A stretch of 64,000 nt of DNA from Octopus sinensis (taxonomy: Eukaryota): assembly GCF_006345805.1 (NCBI RefSeq), contig NC_042998.1, positions 126,356,001 through 126,420,000 of the forward strand, written 5' to 3'. Numbering within the stretch: position 1 is the first letter of the stretch; the number at the start of each line of letters is the position of its first letter. A program made the position numbers and the translations under genes. Of this stretch, positions 25,820 to 38,830 are shown piece after piece. The notes below the pieces were generated by a model, which had not been told where the DNA came from, made no database searches, and was given only the letters and a program-made list of their open reading frames with translations.

Positions 25820-27500
25820 CTAGTACAACCTGTTATGTGGTTGGTTTGTTGGTAACTAAACTGGCTCCTCCATCAAGTTTGCTTGGTGAAGAGGGTTGCT
25901 AGAAACCCAGAAGAAACAAGATCTGCCAAATAGGAACTCAATTTAAGGACAATGGCTGTTTGGCATTAATATGTGGAGATAAAAAAGTACTTCAGTTAAG
26001 GGTCAAGATTGCAGTTAAACTTCTGGGTGTGATGGACCTCTATATCTAGTAGCACATCCATCTAGGAGGTGGAAAATTCCAAAATGAAACTCCTGCTGTC
26101 TTTGTAGGTACCTTAGTTGGTTAAAATCAGGAAAAGGAAATTCTGATATAAAACCTGCAGTTAGTGATCTAATTTTGATGTTTTCTTTACTAGGTCTACT
26201 AGGTCATGCTGACTAATACATAGTGCTATAATCTTGTTTAATTATCTGATATTATAATCTTGATGATTTACAAGTACTTTCTAATGTTATAGTACAAGGT
26301 GTATTCCACAGGTTTTGTAACTTTTTTTTAGGAGAGGCAGTATATCCTAGACTAATTTTAGTATATCATTGCTATACATCTAAGGAGCTGGAGTTTTGTA
26401 CTTCTTGATAATTAATGAGTGGCTTTCCTGAAAATGTCTCAAAACTTCTGGAATGTAATTTGTACTTTGATTCCTATAGCCTTTATTTTGTATCATTACA
26501 ATGCTTTATGCCACTGAAAATCTCTATTAACCTTGCTATCCTTTAACATTGGGGAATTGGCAAAGTATGCGAACTTGATGAGTACATTAGGTGGCAAGAG
26601 ATTTAACGTTGTTTTGATTTATCTTGAATAATATGGCACTATGATGAAGTTGGAAAAATCTTTTGCATCTGACTAGCCTTATTTGAAGGAGTGCATTGCT
26701 CTCCAAATTTTTGGGATAGGGCTAGAAATGGTGTTTCAAACATGACTTACTCTTCAACGTTAGTTTATTACAGCTGACAGCTATTTATTTCAATAGGAGC
26801 AACAAGAGTAAATATATAAACAAACAGTAAATCTATGTATGTTCTGTCGGAATGTGAGAACCTTACTGGATAATGAAAGTTTTGAGAGCCTTGAATGCCA
26901 AACTGCCCTCATTGTAGCTGAGCTTAACCAATATAAGATTGAAATTATTGCCCTTTCAGATGCACAATTGTCAGAGAAAAGCCAGCTAATTGAACTGAGT
27001 TGTGATTGTGGCTTTTGGGACTTAGAGACTAGCTATAAAAAAAGTGGGTGGGTGGGGGTGTTTGCTGTGCAATTAGAAAGAACCTAATTAATAAACTGCT
27101 ATATAAAATATGTTGCTATCCATGTGGGTAATTGAATTATTAAACTGTTTACTGCTGTATTGCTGGCATGACATGATCCTTTCCTCTCTTTACACACCAA
27201 CTCTATTCAACAGCAGAATCTATCTATATTTTATGAGAATCTAGGAAACATCATTCTGTTTGAAGACTTTAATATGAATCGTTTGGGATTACCATACATG
27301 GTGTAGCATAGATTTAGGTCTCAAGGTCTCATAATAGCTAAATCACTGTCTTGTCAGAAACCTCAAGATACTAGGATGCATCTTTGATTGACACTGGGCC
27401 ATCTTCTTGACATTGTCATGTGTAAGCATAATATTCATGATCGTTGTAGGTTTAGTCTTGCATAAGACTATGAGACTGCATGGTAGGTGGATCACTTTCT
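25820..27500 (+). mobile_element. Old RTE (BovB-like) LINE 5' portion: putative 5' UTR and APE endonuclease start
   Basis: ORF 26839-27087 reads NVRTLLDNE..ECQTALIVAELNQYKIEIIALSDAQL..SQLIE, matching the RTE endonuclease N-terminus (WNVRTLLD..ERRTALVARELARYNIDIAALSETRL). The UTR boundary is approximate. Confidence 0.7.
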
Positions 27501-28533
27501 TGTGGAAAGTTAGTTACACAGGTGAGCATAGAAAAATAAGCCAAAGAGAATGAATGGAAAGAAGGTCAGTGGTTATGAAATAAGAAGTTATGAAAGAGGT
27601 AACGGGGACAATGTATTTAAACTTAACAAGGACACTTGTGTGTGTGTGTGTGTGAGAATTAACTATCTATTTCAGAGAAATTGGACATTTTTTTTTAAAA
27701 CTCATATTTATTTAAGTTTGTCATGTTTAATATCTGATAAAAGTGTATTAAGATGCGTTCTGATGATTTTGGGGGGAGGAAAAATAAAGAAAAAACAAAA
27801 TGAAGCAGCATGACTTTTTTTTTATATAGAATTTCTGAGCCTACATATTACATTATGTACATAATAACATTTTAAGAGAAATGTGTATGGGAATAAATAA
27901 TAATAATAATAATAATAATAATATCGTAATAGGGAACGTTCTTAGCATAAAAGATGTTGCTTGAGGGCTGGTGGTGAATAAGAGTTATGGGAAGATGAGG
28001 GACACTATTTTCTGTCTTACAATTCATCATTATCAATATCTGCTTGAGAAGTAAAGAACCTATCCAAAGTTATTTGATGTTTATGATGCATTGTGTCTTT
28101 GTGCAGCTCAGTGTAAGAGCTGAGCTCATCGCAAAATCCTCTTCTAATTTTTATTACATACATGTATGTAAGTATATGCATCTATGTTCATGTAAAGATG
28201 TATGTATGTCCATGCATTTATGTATAATATACTTATAATCTCAAGTAATAAGTTATTAGTTTCAAGAATCTTAAGTGCTATTAATGAATTTATATGAAAT
28301 CAAATATATCACCTGTTGATCATTTTCATAGACTTGTACTACTACCAGTTTTGTGTAGTGACATTGTAGGTCAACAGATATTCTAGGTTACTTTTATCAT
28401 TTATCTCATTACTATTACTATACACGAAGTATTTGCATGTATTTACATCATTATATTTTTTTTGTATTTCCTGCCAAGAATTTAGACACTTTAAAAATTA
28501 CATATTTCTAGTCGAGTAACTAGCTCTTGCGAT

Positions 28534-28843
28534 TCTTTTACTTGTTTCAGTCAGTTGACTGCGGACAAACAAATCAACCTCAGGACTTATTCTTTGTAAG
28601 CCTAGTTCTTATTCTATCAGTCTCTTTTGCTGAACCACTAAGTTACGGGGCTGTAAATACACCAACATCAGGTGTCAAGTGATGGTGAGGGGACAGACAC
28701 AGACACACAAATACATACATACACACACGACGGGCTTCTTTCAGTTTCTGTCTACCAAATCCACTCACAAAGTGCCACATAGTGGGACTGAACCTGGAAC
28801 CATGTGGTTGGGAAGCAAGCTTCTTATCACTCAGCCACTCCTG
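28534..28843 (-). mobile_element. SINE family A, internally deleted
   Basis: Colinear with the other family A copies. Confidence 0.85.
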
Positions 28844-29206
28844 ATGATGAATTTAAAAAAAAAATATTTGGCATTTTTAGATGTTTTTTTTTGTTTGTTT
28901 TAGAGGATAATTTCATATTTCTTAATGAAATTTGTTTCCCCCTTGGGAATCCTTAGCTAGGAAAGGATCTCTATAAATTCTGACATTTCTTGTTTCTTAT
29001 AAATTCCTCACAATGTATTAATCATACATCTCTATACAACATTTATACCACTTTTGATTGAAGGTCTTGCAAATGTCTAACTGTTACTGTCAATTTGATA
29101 TGGTAAATGCTTTTCAATATTTACTAAGGAAAATATGTTGCTGAAAATTAGACCATTTCTAGAGTTATTAAAATCTTGTAATAGAAGATAGAATTTTATT
29201 GTATAT

Positions 29207-29380
29207 GTGGCTGTGTGGTTGAAAAGCTTGTTTCCCACCCATGTGGTCTTGGATTGTCCCATTGCATGACGTCTTGGTCAAGTGTCTTCTAGTACAACCC
29301 CAGACTGACCCAAACCTTCCAAATGAATTTGGTAGATGGAAACTGAAAGAAGCCAGTCATATATAAATGTGTGTGTGTGC
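29207..29380 (+). mobile_element. SINE family A, 5' half
   Basis: gtggctgtgtggttgaaaagcttgtttccc...cttggtcaagtgtcttc...tttggtagatggaaactgaaagaagcc. Confidence 0.8.
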
Positions 29381-31126
29381 ACATGTACATGTTTTGCATT
29401 TAAAAAATTTTGCAGTAATTAGGATGAAAGGCAAACGAAGGGAGTGAAGTTAAAAAATAGAAAAACACAACTGAGTGGTTAAAGTTGTAATTATGGGATC
29501 TCAAAGTTTGATCCTTCTTTGAAGCATCTCGGACAAGTGCCTCTTACTATAGCCTCAGATTAACCCAAACCTTGTGACTTAAATTCGATAGAAGGAAACT
29601 GTGGAAGTCCATTGAATGACTTGTACATGAAATTCAAAGGTTCAGGTTTATCACACTGTCTTGCTGATTCTGCTTAAGAATTAAAGTGTACAAGTATTAG
29701 TGGAATACTCAGTCACATACTTGCTAATTCAATGACTTTGCTCCTTCTTGAATCTGATCGAGATTCATTTACTTCACTTTCAATTGCTTTGAAAGTTACT
29801 TATATTAAACCAATGATCTATCCTAACAAGCTGAAATGTTTGTCAAACAAGTTTTTGCCTATGTGTTAGTTTCAGCTTAGTTGTTAAGTGTTTCACAAAT
29901 TACAATTGTTTCAGAACAGTGACAACACACAGTGTATGTACTTATTATTGTTCTTTGTAAATACTGTCCACTTTTGTTTGCAAATAAAGCTCTTTTAATT
30001 GCTTTTTGTACAATTTTCACCACCTCTCTGGATGTCAAATCTGTTAGCACTTTTTTTTTTCATTTGCTTCATTCTTTTAAGGACAGAAAGTTGAGCAATA
30101 TAATGATATTCGTTGCTGAATGTCTGTATTTAATATCTTCATATATTTTGCATGCTTATTTACCATTTGATGTTGACAGTTCTCTCCATTCTTTCTTTTG
30201 CCCTTCACTGCTTCTATCTTTCTTATACTTTCTCTGTCTTTCCTTCCATCCCTTGATATTTTTCCTCTCTCCTTTCATCTTCTCTTTCCCTTTTGCATCT
30301 TCTTCTCCCACTTTATGACTCTGTTTCTCCTTTTTGCTCTTTCACAGTCCCTTGAATACATTTTCAGCTCATAGTTCATGCATTTGTATTCACTGCAGAA
30401 ATTTCTTTGTAGCTATAGAAAAGGTACTTAATTTTTCATATCTCACATCACTTAGGTATAACAAGTATCTTTGGTGTTCTGGTAATGTTATCTGTGATGC
30501 ATTGCTGTCTTACTTGGTTGATATAGTGCTTTTAATTGTCGAATGTATCTTAAGTTATCTGATTTCTATAACCGGAGCATATTTCTCTTGTATGGTTATA
30601 AACAATTGTGCATTGGACAAAATGTCTTGTGGTATTTAATTATGTCCCTTTACATTTTGAATTCAAATCTCCTCTTAAGTCAGCTTTCATAAAACAAAAA
30701 CCGGTAGTATATTGATTTAATTCAGTTGATTATATCCCTTCCCCAAATTGTTCCATTTTGCCAAAGTTAGAAACCATTAGATGTACATGAATTTGCATAC
30801 CACTATAAAAATATACAGTTTGTACTGTACACTATGTAATATTAACTTTAATACATTGTTGATATTCTTTTCTTTCAAAACATTGATGATGAACTTGTGA
30901 ATAATTCATTAGTTTATAATTATTTCATAGGATCATGCTTTGCTTTATTTTGTATTTCATTTAAGAGTTGATAGCAGTAATACTATAAGAATTGATTAGT
31001 TTTAGAGATGGTTCTTTTAGAGTACTTCAGTAAACAGTGACTCAGATGTTTATCTGATTGCAGAGGTGTAAAACTTTCATTCCAACACCACAACAATGTG
31101 AGCAAATCAACAAGGAATTTTCTTTG

Positions 31127-31255
31127 TACTCAACCTGTCATTGTTCTTGTCAATTCACCCTCAACTAGCAACTGTTTAACAAAAAAGTGTTCACCTCAAA
31201 TTTTAAACTTTGTATCAGGCAAGTGTTTACTCTTGATAATGACAGGTTGATTATA
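31127..31255. mobile_element. Small MITE-like element, possibly Tc1/pogo type
   Basis: Perfect 13-bp inverted repeat tcaacctgtcatt (31130-31142) / aatgacaggttga (31238-31250), with TA nearby on both sides. Confidence 0.45.
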
Positions 31256-32433
31256 GCTAAGATGCAAACATTGTAACAGCACTCTCATCAATAATAACAG
31301 CCTCAACATTTTATTATTGCTAAAGAGCTGACATAATTTTTAGAAATGACTTGTAAAATAACTGTATCATATGAAGTGAATCAGCAATTTGATAATACTT
31401 TCCCTTTTATCAGTTTTAGAAATGTTTGTATATGTTCATTTTGACCATGACAGTCTGGGTAGCATAGTTTTTGAAAATAGGAGGAATTTATTTTTGCAGC
31501 TGGATGCTGTCCATGCAATCAACCTAAAGTAGGAATACAGTATGTTCTCAGCCAGGCACACTGAGGCAAAAGTAAAATGCTCTGTCCAGGGTAAATCACA
31601 GTAGTAACGTTTGAAGTCCTGGCTATGTGATAAGGTTGCCCAGCTCTTGAATTCACAGCTGTTGTATCTGACAATATTCAGTTAATCTTTGCCTTTAGTA
31701 CTAAACCTTAGCAGACACTAAACCTTTACTTGGAGTGTTGTGTATTAACATATCCTTCTCTAATAACAACCCCCCCCCAAAAAAAAACCCACCACCATTT
31801 AGTGTTCATGTTCGATTCTAGCTTGGATTGGACAACAGTGATTAGATATCCATGTCTGAATCAACTAGAATTTATTGAGAATGAATGGATACATTATTAA
31901 TTACCTTTCTTGTTATACTGATTACTATTTGAATTCTTGAAAAATGAAAGCAACTGTTTATTTCACACTTTGCTTGGGATATATAAAGAAATAATAATGA
32001 AGGGTTAGATATATGTAACCAATAAATTTTTTATCTTTAAAACTTATTAATTTTTATCTCTTTCTTTGTTCTTTGGATTCATAAATGACAGAAATGAATT
32101 AACACTAGTGATTAGAAAATATATTTTTCTTCTTCCACTTTGAATTTGACTTGTCTTTCTTTATAATGACAGAAACATCATTGCAATATCTGGGGACATA
32201 TTTCAGACAAAACTATGCATTGTAAAATATAGTATAAGAAAATTTTACAAGCTATACTGATTACAAATGTCATAATTAGTTGATTATCATATGAGAAGTA
32301 AACTATATCACAGAATTAAAAATAAATGAATAAATCTACATGTAAATTTGTCTACAAATGTAAAAAAAGAAAATTAAAAAGCAAAAACAAACTGATATTT
32401 TGTATTAAGCAATATAGATAAGTCACACCTTTG

Positions 32434-32842
32434 TCATCATCATCATCGTTTAATATCTGCTTTCCATGCTGGCATGGGTTGGACGGTTTGACTGAGGACT
32501 GGTGAGCCAGATGGCTGCACCAGGTTCCAATCTGATCTGGCAGAGTTTCTACAGCTGGATGCCCTTCTTAATGCCAACCACTCCGAGAGTGTAGTGGGTG
32601 CTTTTACGTGCCACTGGCATTTGGGCCAGCCAGGCGGTACTGGTGACGGCCATGCTCAAATGGTGTTTTTTATGTGGCACCTGCACAGGAGCCAGTCCAG
32701 CAGCACTGGCAATGACCTCACTCGAATGTTGTTTTTCACGTGCCACTGGCATAAGTGCCAGTAAGGTGACGCAGGTAACGATCACACTTGAAGGTGCTTT
32801 TATGTGCCATCGGTACGGGAGCCAGTCAGCAGCCCTGGCATT
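32434..32842 (-). mobile_element. Family B element with four internal ~65-bp subrepeats
   Basis: (cat)n tail and family B body. Cores of gtgcttttacgtgccactggca type at 32598, 32663, about 32729 and 32794. Confidence 0.85.
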
Positions 32843-34422
32843 GTGTTTATAATATTTTGGTTTCAATCTTTGACCTGTTCATAAATTGTGAATACTGTTT
32901 ATAACTTTACTTGTGACTGGATTAAAAACAATTAGTTGAAATTATCTCAATTATTGCTAAATCAGCCTTACAAAGTCTCAGAAGCACAGATATCAGAGCG
33001 AATGTATTTCTGTGATCAAACCTGGAAGAAACAGGTTAGCAAATGGTTTTAAATTGCCACTCCTGATTGACTGACAGTATATATACAGTATCTAGTGAGC
33101 ATTAGGATTATAGCTGTCGAAAAGAGAACTCTGCCTTTATGTTATGCATATGAGGAAATGTGTGCGTGTATATAAATAAATTCATGAGACTGCATAATAT
33201 CACCTACGTGTTTGTTTTGTAGCAGAATCAAATTCTGTTTAAGCAGTCAAATTTGTTTTCATGTCTGACATCATAAACATATATTTGTTTAAAAAGCTGA
33301 TATTCATAGTGACTTGACCAACTCACCCTTCATACTCAATCATTTGTCTGTGTTAGTGTATACTGTGAATTTAAGCTTAGAGTAAGGTTTGGTAGATAAG
33401 TTGCATAAGATTATTCTCTTCCTCTTTTTTTTGTTTTTAAACTATAATTTATGTATGAGCACATATGGTATTGCTTTTTGTATTTGCTGGGTCTGGATGA
33501 AGAGGAAGAATCAATGGCTTTCAGTGGAAGTTTCACATAGACTCTCCTGGATCAGTGAGAATGATGCAATTAATGTTCCTCTTGAACTTTTCTAAAGTCA
33601 AATCCTATTGGAAGATATGAGCTAGGAGAAAATTCCAGAGAGCTGACATTCCAGTAAAGAAAGACTAGGTATAGTGATTATTGCTGGGAATAGGGAGTTG
33701 GATTATACAACGAGGTTGATGAGAGGAAGACAGACAAGTAAAACTAGAATACTTGAGTGGAGGTGGCATGAGCCCAGCAACAAACCATTATAACAGTGAT
33801 AAAGAAAGCTGAGATAAGAGACAGCATGACTTTTTATAAAATAAAGTATAATTGAATATCTATGAGTAGAATACAAAATAGTCTGGTCACATGATTAAGT
33901 TGATGTGATTAATCAAGAAATTTTTTCAGTTCCAGCTTTAAATATAGTGACGATCTGATTCTTAGAGCCCTCTGAATAATTTGAAGTAAGGGGGAGACAA
34001 AAAAAAAGAAAGGAAGAGGTAATTTATAACAACTAGTACAAAGTTGTACATAGAGACAAAATTTCAACTCTGGGAGTTAAATGAACTGAAAGAAGATTAT
34101 ATCACAAATCTTAGTTGATGTGGAACAAACAAAATGGAGATAACTGTGCCAAAATGGTATAAGAGACTTTGTTTCAGTTAGTATTAACAAGCAGAATAGA
34201 AAAGCAGCTGCAAATATACCGCAATCCTCATACTTGCAACATCTGCAGGCTTCTTTGTAAATCATTCGTGGGTCTCAGATGTCAAAGTTGACATAAGCAT
34301 TATGACTGACAAAGAAGGTGTTGGTTGTTGGATCCTCATACGTTGAAACTGACAGAAGGGTTCATCATATATATATGTGTGTGTGTGTGTGTGTGGATGC
34401 ATGCTACAGATTGTTTGTATAG

Positions 34423-34645
34423 CTTTTACTTGCTCCAGTCATATGACTGTGGCCATGTTGGAACACCACCTTGAAGAATTTTAGACAATCAAATTGACCT
34501 TGGTACTTATTTTTAAAGCCTGGTACTTATTCTCTTGGTCCCTTTTGGCAGACTGCTAAGTTATGGGGATGTGAACACATTAGCACTGGTTGTAAAGCAG
34601 TGGTGGGGTACAAACACATGACTCCCCCACAAACACACACACACA

Positions 34646-34702
<57 letters not shown>

Positions 34703-34829
34703 GGGTTTCTTTAAGTGTCCATCTATCAGATTCACTCTCAAGACTTTGGTTGGCCAAAGTTCCATGCAGTGGAACTGAACCTGGAACCATGTGGTTGGGA
34801 AGCAAAATTCTCACCACACAGCCATACCT
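34423..34829 (-). mobile_element. SINE family A with expanded internal (CA)n
   Basis: Colinear with the other family A copies. Confidence 0.85.
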
Positions 34830-36103
34830 TCTTAATTCTTTTTCATAAAAAAGTTTTCCCCTTCATTCGATAATTTTGATTTGGCATTTTTAGTATATAT
34901 TACCCGTCTGTGGCCATTAGTTTCATTCTTATTAGCTGGTGATGATGATCATTTAGTTTTGTGAAGGTGAAAGGTGGTTATAAAGGATTAAATGAATCCT
35001 GACATAGTAATAATAGTTATTTTATTTAGTGACAGTTGTCACTAAAATGAATAAGTACTAGGGCTGAATCAACAGTCTATTCTTATGCTTAAGTATACAC
35101 TACATTATTGTGTTATCTCTATATACTTAACCTCCTCATTATAGAGATTTTCTCAGAATTGATAAGACATTTTTCTTGCTCTAACATTTTCTGTCTTTGA
35201 CAATCCATTTGTAAATTGGTAGATGGGCCTTTTTCAGAAACTTTGACAAATTTTAGTGCTGCATTATTTGTTCTAAGAAGCCATCAGGGGAAAAAAATTT
35301 TCTTTTGCTTTTCTTTAAAGAGTTTTTGTTTATCCCTTGATTTAGCAGACCTATGATCAAAGGCATTCAACTCTCTGTATGCAGGATTACATTAGCCAAA
35401 GTGTCCTTTGTTTATTTCAGATGATATAGTGCAATTTGAGGAGATTTAGCTACTATCTCTAGCAGTTTCAATGGTCATGTAGAAACTTACTTGTTGGTTT
35501 CTCCTCAAAGAGTTGTGTTCATAACCTAATGAACAGTTTTTGTTTTTAAGAGAGAATGACTTGACTAGTAGGCTAATGAATAAAGTTTCCTATGATGTTG
35601 TTATTGTTGGTGCTGGATATAAATAGTGAGGGTGGGGGAAGAATAGATGGGTTGTCCAATAGAAAGAAGAGGAAGATGTTTCTGTGTTGAAGGATTATGG
35701 AAGTGGAATTTTGATTGGTTTTAATTAGTGTTTGAGGTATAAAATTTGGCAGAAAACATTTAGAGCTAATTTTTCGCATAATATGCATATTTATTGAATC
35801 ATTGAAATTGTTTTACAAATTTATTGAGTTTTAGTCAGATCTACTTCTATTTTGCTGACATCTGTTGTTGTTGAAGATACAATAATATCTGGTGGAGTAA
35901 AGTTGTCATTGTTAAAATAAAACAAAGAAAGAAAAATGTCATCTTTAAGTAGTCTCATGTGTGTATTTATTTATATCCTTAATCTAAGAAGAATCATCAG
36001 CAATAATATCTAAGGAGTGAGGATTAATATTTGGAGTGGTTTATAAACCATTTTGCTTTCAGGCAATAGGAGTATTGTAGCATATTCTGGTTAATTGTTT
36101 TAT

Positions 36104-36234
36104 TAAAGATCATCAGAGCTGGTTTCTATGGGAATAATTCCTCCTGCTAAAGATCACCAGGGCTGGTTTCTATGGGAACAGTTCCTCCTGCTAAAGATCA
36201 CCAGAGCTAGTTTCTATGGGAACAATTCCTCCTG
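36104..36234. repeat. Minisatellite, 3 x 44 bp
   Basis: Unit taaagatcaYcagRgctRgtttctatgggaaYaRttcctcctgc at 36104, 36148 and 36192, head to tail with no spacers. Confidence 0.95.
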
Positions 36235-36449
36235 TCATTGTAGTGTTTCTCTGTTTGAAATAAAGTTCTAGTATTGACTACTTCCTTTTATACATGTTTG
36301 TCTTCTAAAGTGAATTGGCTGAGTGAAGATTGCATTGAATTACCATCTCTTAAGTCTTTACTTCAAATTTACTGGAAATATCCAGTGTGTATTTAAACAG
36401 TACACTCTTCAAATCTCCTCTACTTTGGTGGATATTTTTGTATTTTGTC

Positions 36450-37648
36450 TAGTCAAGAGGAAGAGGTGTGCCCACGATTTCTGTGGATCCTCTAAGATGA
36501 ATGAGATTGATGTTGTTAACATTCTGCATAACTATTTTAAGTTGATATCTGCAGGAAAAACCTGTGCAGGGAGGGAAATTCAGAGGACTTATTGACTTTC
36601 TGAAAATGAAGGATTGGGTGTAGGGGATAGAGTAAGACCTGAGTAGTGTGCACAGTATATGATAAAAGGAGAGACAAGTGAGTATTTGAGTGAAGGTGGC
36701 AGAAGCTGTTGTTACTTTAGCAAAACAGGAAGAAGAATCAGTACATCTATAAACATGGAATTTGAGTCTATTTGTAAGTGATATCATAACAGTCAGTTGA
36801 GTGGCCTTTCTTTAGACACAACGAAGGATACCTCTTTGTGTATAACTGTAGTACTTTCCCAGATATGAAAATAGTGCTATATTGTGTGTTTTATCTGAAC
36901 TTTGTAGAAGGCTAGTAGTTGTTGGGGGCAGAAATATTTCTGACTCTGAAAAGTAAGGCCAATCTTTCAGATGCTGTCTTTAAGTTGAGGGTATTCATTC
37001 ACCAGGTGAGATATTCAGTGATAGGAAGACCTATTATTTGAAACTGTTGTTGAGAGTGCTAATTGCATACTGTTTATGCTTAAAGGAGTTTGAGGTTCAG
37101 TTATGCTTTCTTGATATGTGCACTGGGGGATATTTTTTTAGGCCTTTTCATAATGTCAGTGCTTTGAGGTGTCTAGGTTACGTGGATGACATTTGGGTAT
37201 AAAAAGTTAGGGAGATGAAAGATAAGTATAAGAATGGAAATTGTTGGAGCTGAAGGCAAGTAGGTTGGAAGAAGAGTAAAAATAAAATCTGAACTCTTTG
37301 GACACCCCAAGTTGATAGTGAGTGTTAGAATGAGCTTCATCAGCACATACCAAAAAAGTGTGATCTGACAGGAAGCTACAGAATAGAGATAAAAGCCTAA
37401 CAAAATCCATTGGCCAGCAATTTTTCTAGAAGATTCGTATACCAGAGACAGTTGAAAAGTTTACCAATGTCAAAGGTAACATTACTTTCACCAAATTTTT
37501 TCTGGTGAATGTAAGTGATTAGCTTAAAGATTTTGTTGATTCTCCATCATCTTTGACATATTGAAAGTGAATATGATAGGATGGTAGTTAGCAAGGTCAC
37601 AGAGGTTGCCTTTCTTTAGAATGGGACACACTATAGTTTGAATGTATC

Positions 37649-37683
<35 letters not shown>

Positions 37684-38830
37684 AAGAGTTTAGTGAGGAC
37701 AGGGATAATAGGAGAGACCATGCTAGGGAGCAACTGGAAAAACTTAGCATTTAACTTATAGATATGTTTGCTGGAGTAGAAATGAGTAATTCTGGAGATT
37801 CATCTGGTATGGAATGTGGAGTTGGATGCAAATTAAGCAGCAAATGTTGGGGTTTTCTCCATGGGAATAACTGCTCACTGAACCATAATAGTTGGGAAGT
37901 GTAGGAAAGGAGGATTCTGAAAAGGGACCAAAAGGATCAGCTATAGTTTGGGCAGCTGGAGAGCTTGGAAAACTATAATGCACAGTGGTAATCTTTGCAG
38001 TTTGGATGATTGTTTTGCATGAATTACAGTGCTGGATAAGAGCCATCCTGTTTGTAGAAGTGGATTTTCTCCAAGTAGTATAGGACATGACTTTGAATGG
38101 TTGCAACATTGTTATAAGGGCTATGAGTATGAAATATTGAGGACATTCCTAAAAAGGTGTTTTTATTTCCCATCTAGCTATTTCTGATGGGTCAGTGGTG
38201 AAGTACATGTGCTGCCAGTGATAGTTAGCACAGGACTAGTAGATCAGGAATGGTCAACTGACTGGAAGTACCAAAGGGTCTGGAAGGTGGCAAGTGTAGT
38301 ATACAGATGTGTAACAGGTAGGAATGAAGGCAGTGGTCAGATGGCCCAGTAAGCACAGAGATAGTTAATGGTTTGGAAGAAGTGGTGTTTAAACGATGAG
38401 AAACGAATGAAAAATGTTTAGAGTGACTGCGTGCAGACGATGAAGTTAGTTGATATAGTGGGCTTCTATTCTGGTGGCATTAGTGTGAGATCCGAGAACA
38501 GTCATGGGCATTGAAGTCACTGAGGATGATGACTTCAGAGAGGGCTGTGAAGTGGAAGTCCTTTATATTAGAAGAATTATAGTCAAAAAGTTATGTTGAT
38601 TGGAAGAGTTTGGATTGCAGTACAGGAAACAGATGTACTTAAAAGTGTGGTGGAGGGGACTTTGAGTCAGAGTAGCTGGAAGTCTTAGTTGCTGATATTC
38701 AGGTGAATGGTGAAAAGAGAGGAATCTACATATGTACAGACACTGCCTTTCAGAGTTAAATGCTACTTTTTCAGAGTGTGTGTAGATACCAGGTTATCTA
38801 CAAATATTAACGGCATTAGACTTGCATTCT
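36450..38830 (-). mobile_element. Highly decayed CR1/L2/Crack-group LINE (endonuclease-RT ORF2)
   Basis: Minus-strand CPILKKGNLCDLANYHPIIFTFNMSKMME (compare PIPKKG...NYRPIALTS..SKVME) and a 3' PAQVFPADINL-like ending; a (GA)n tract interrupts at 37650-37680. Boundaries approximate. Confidence 0.7.
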
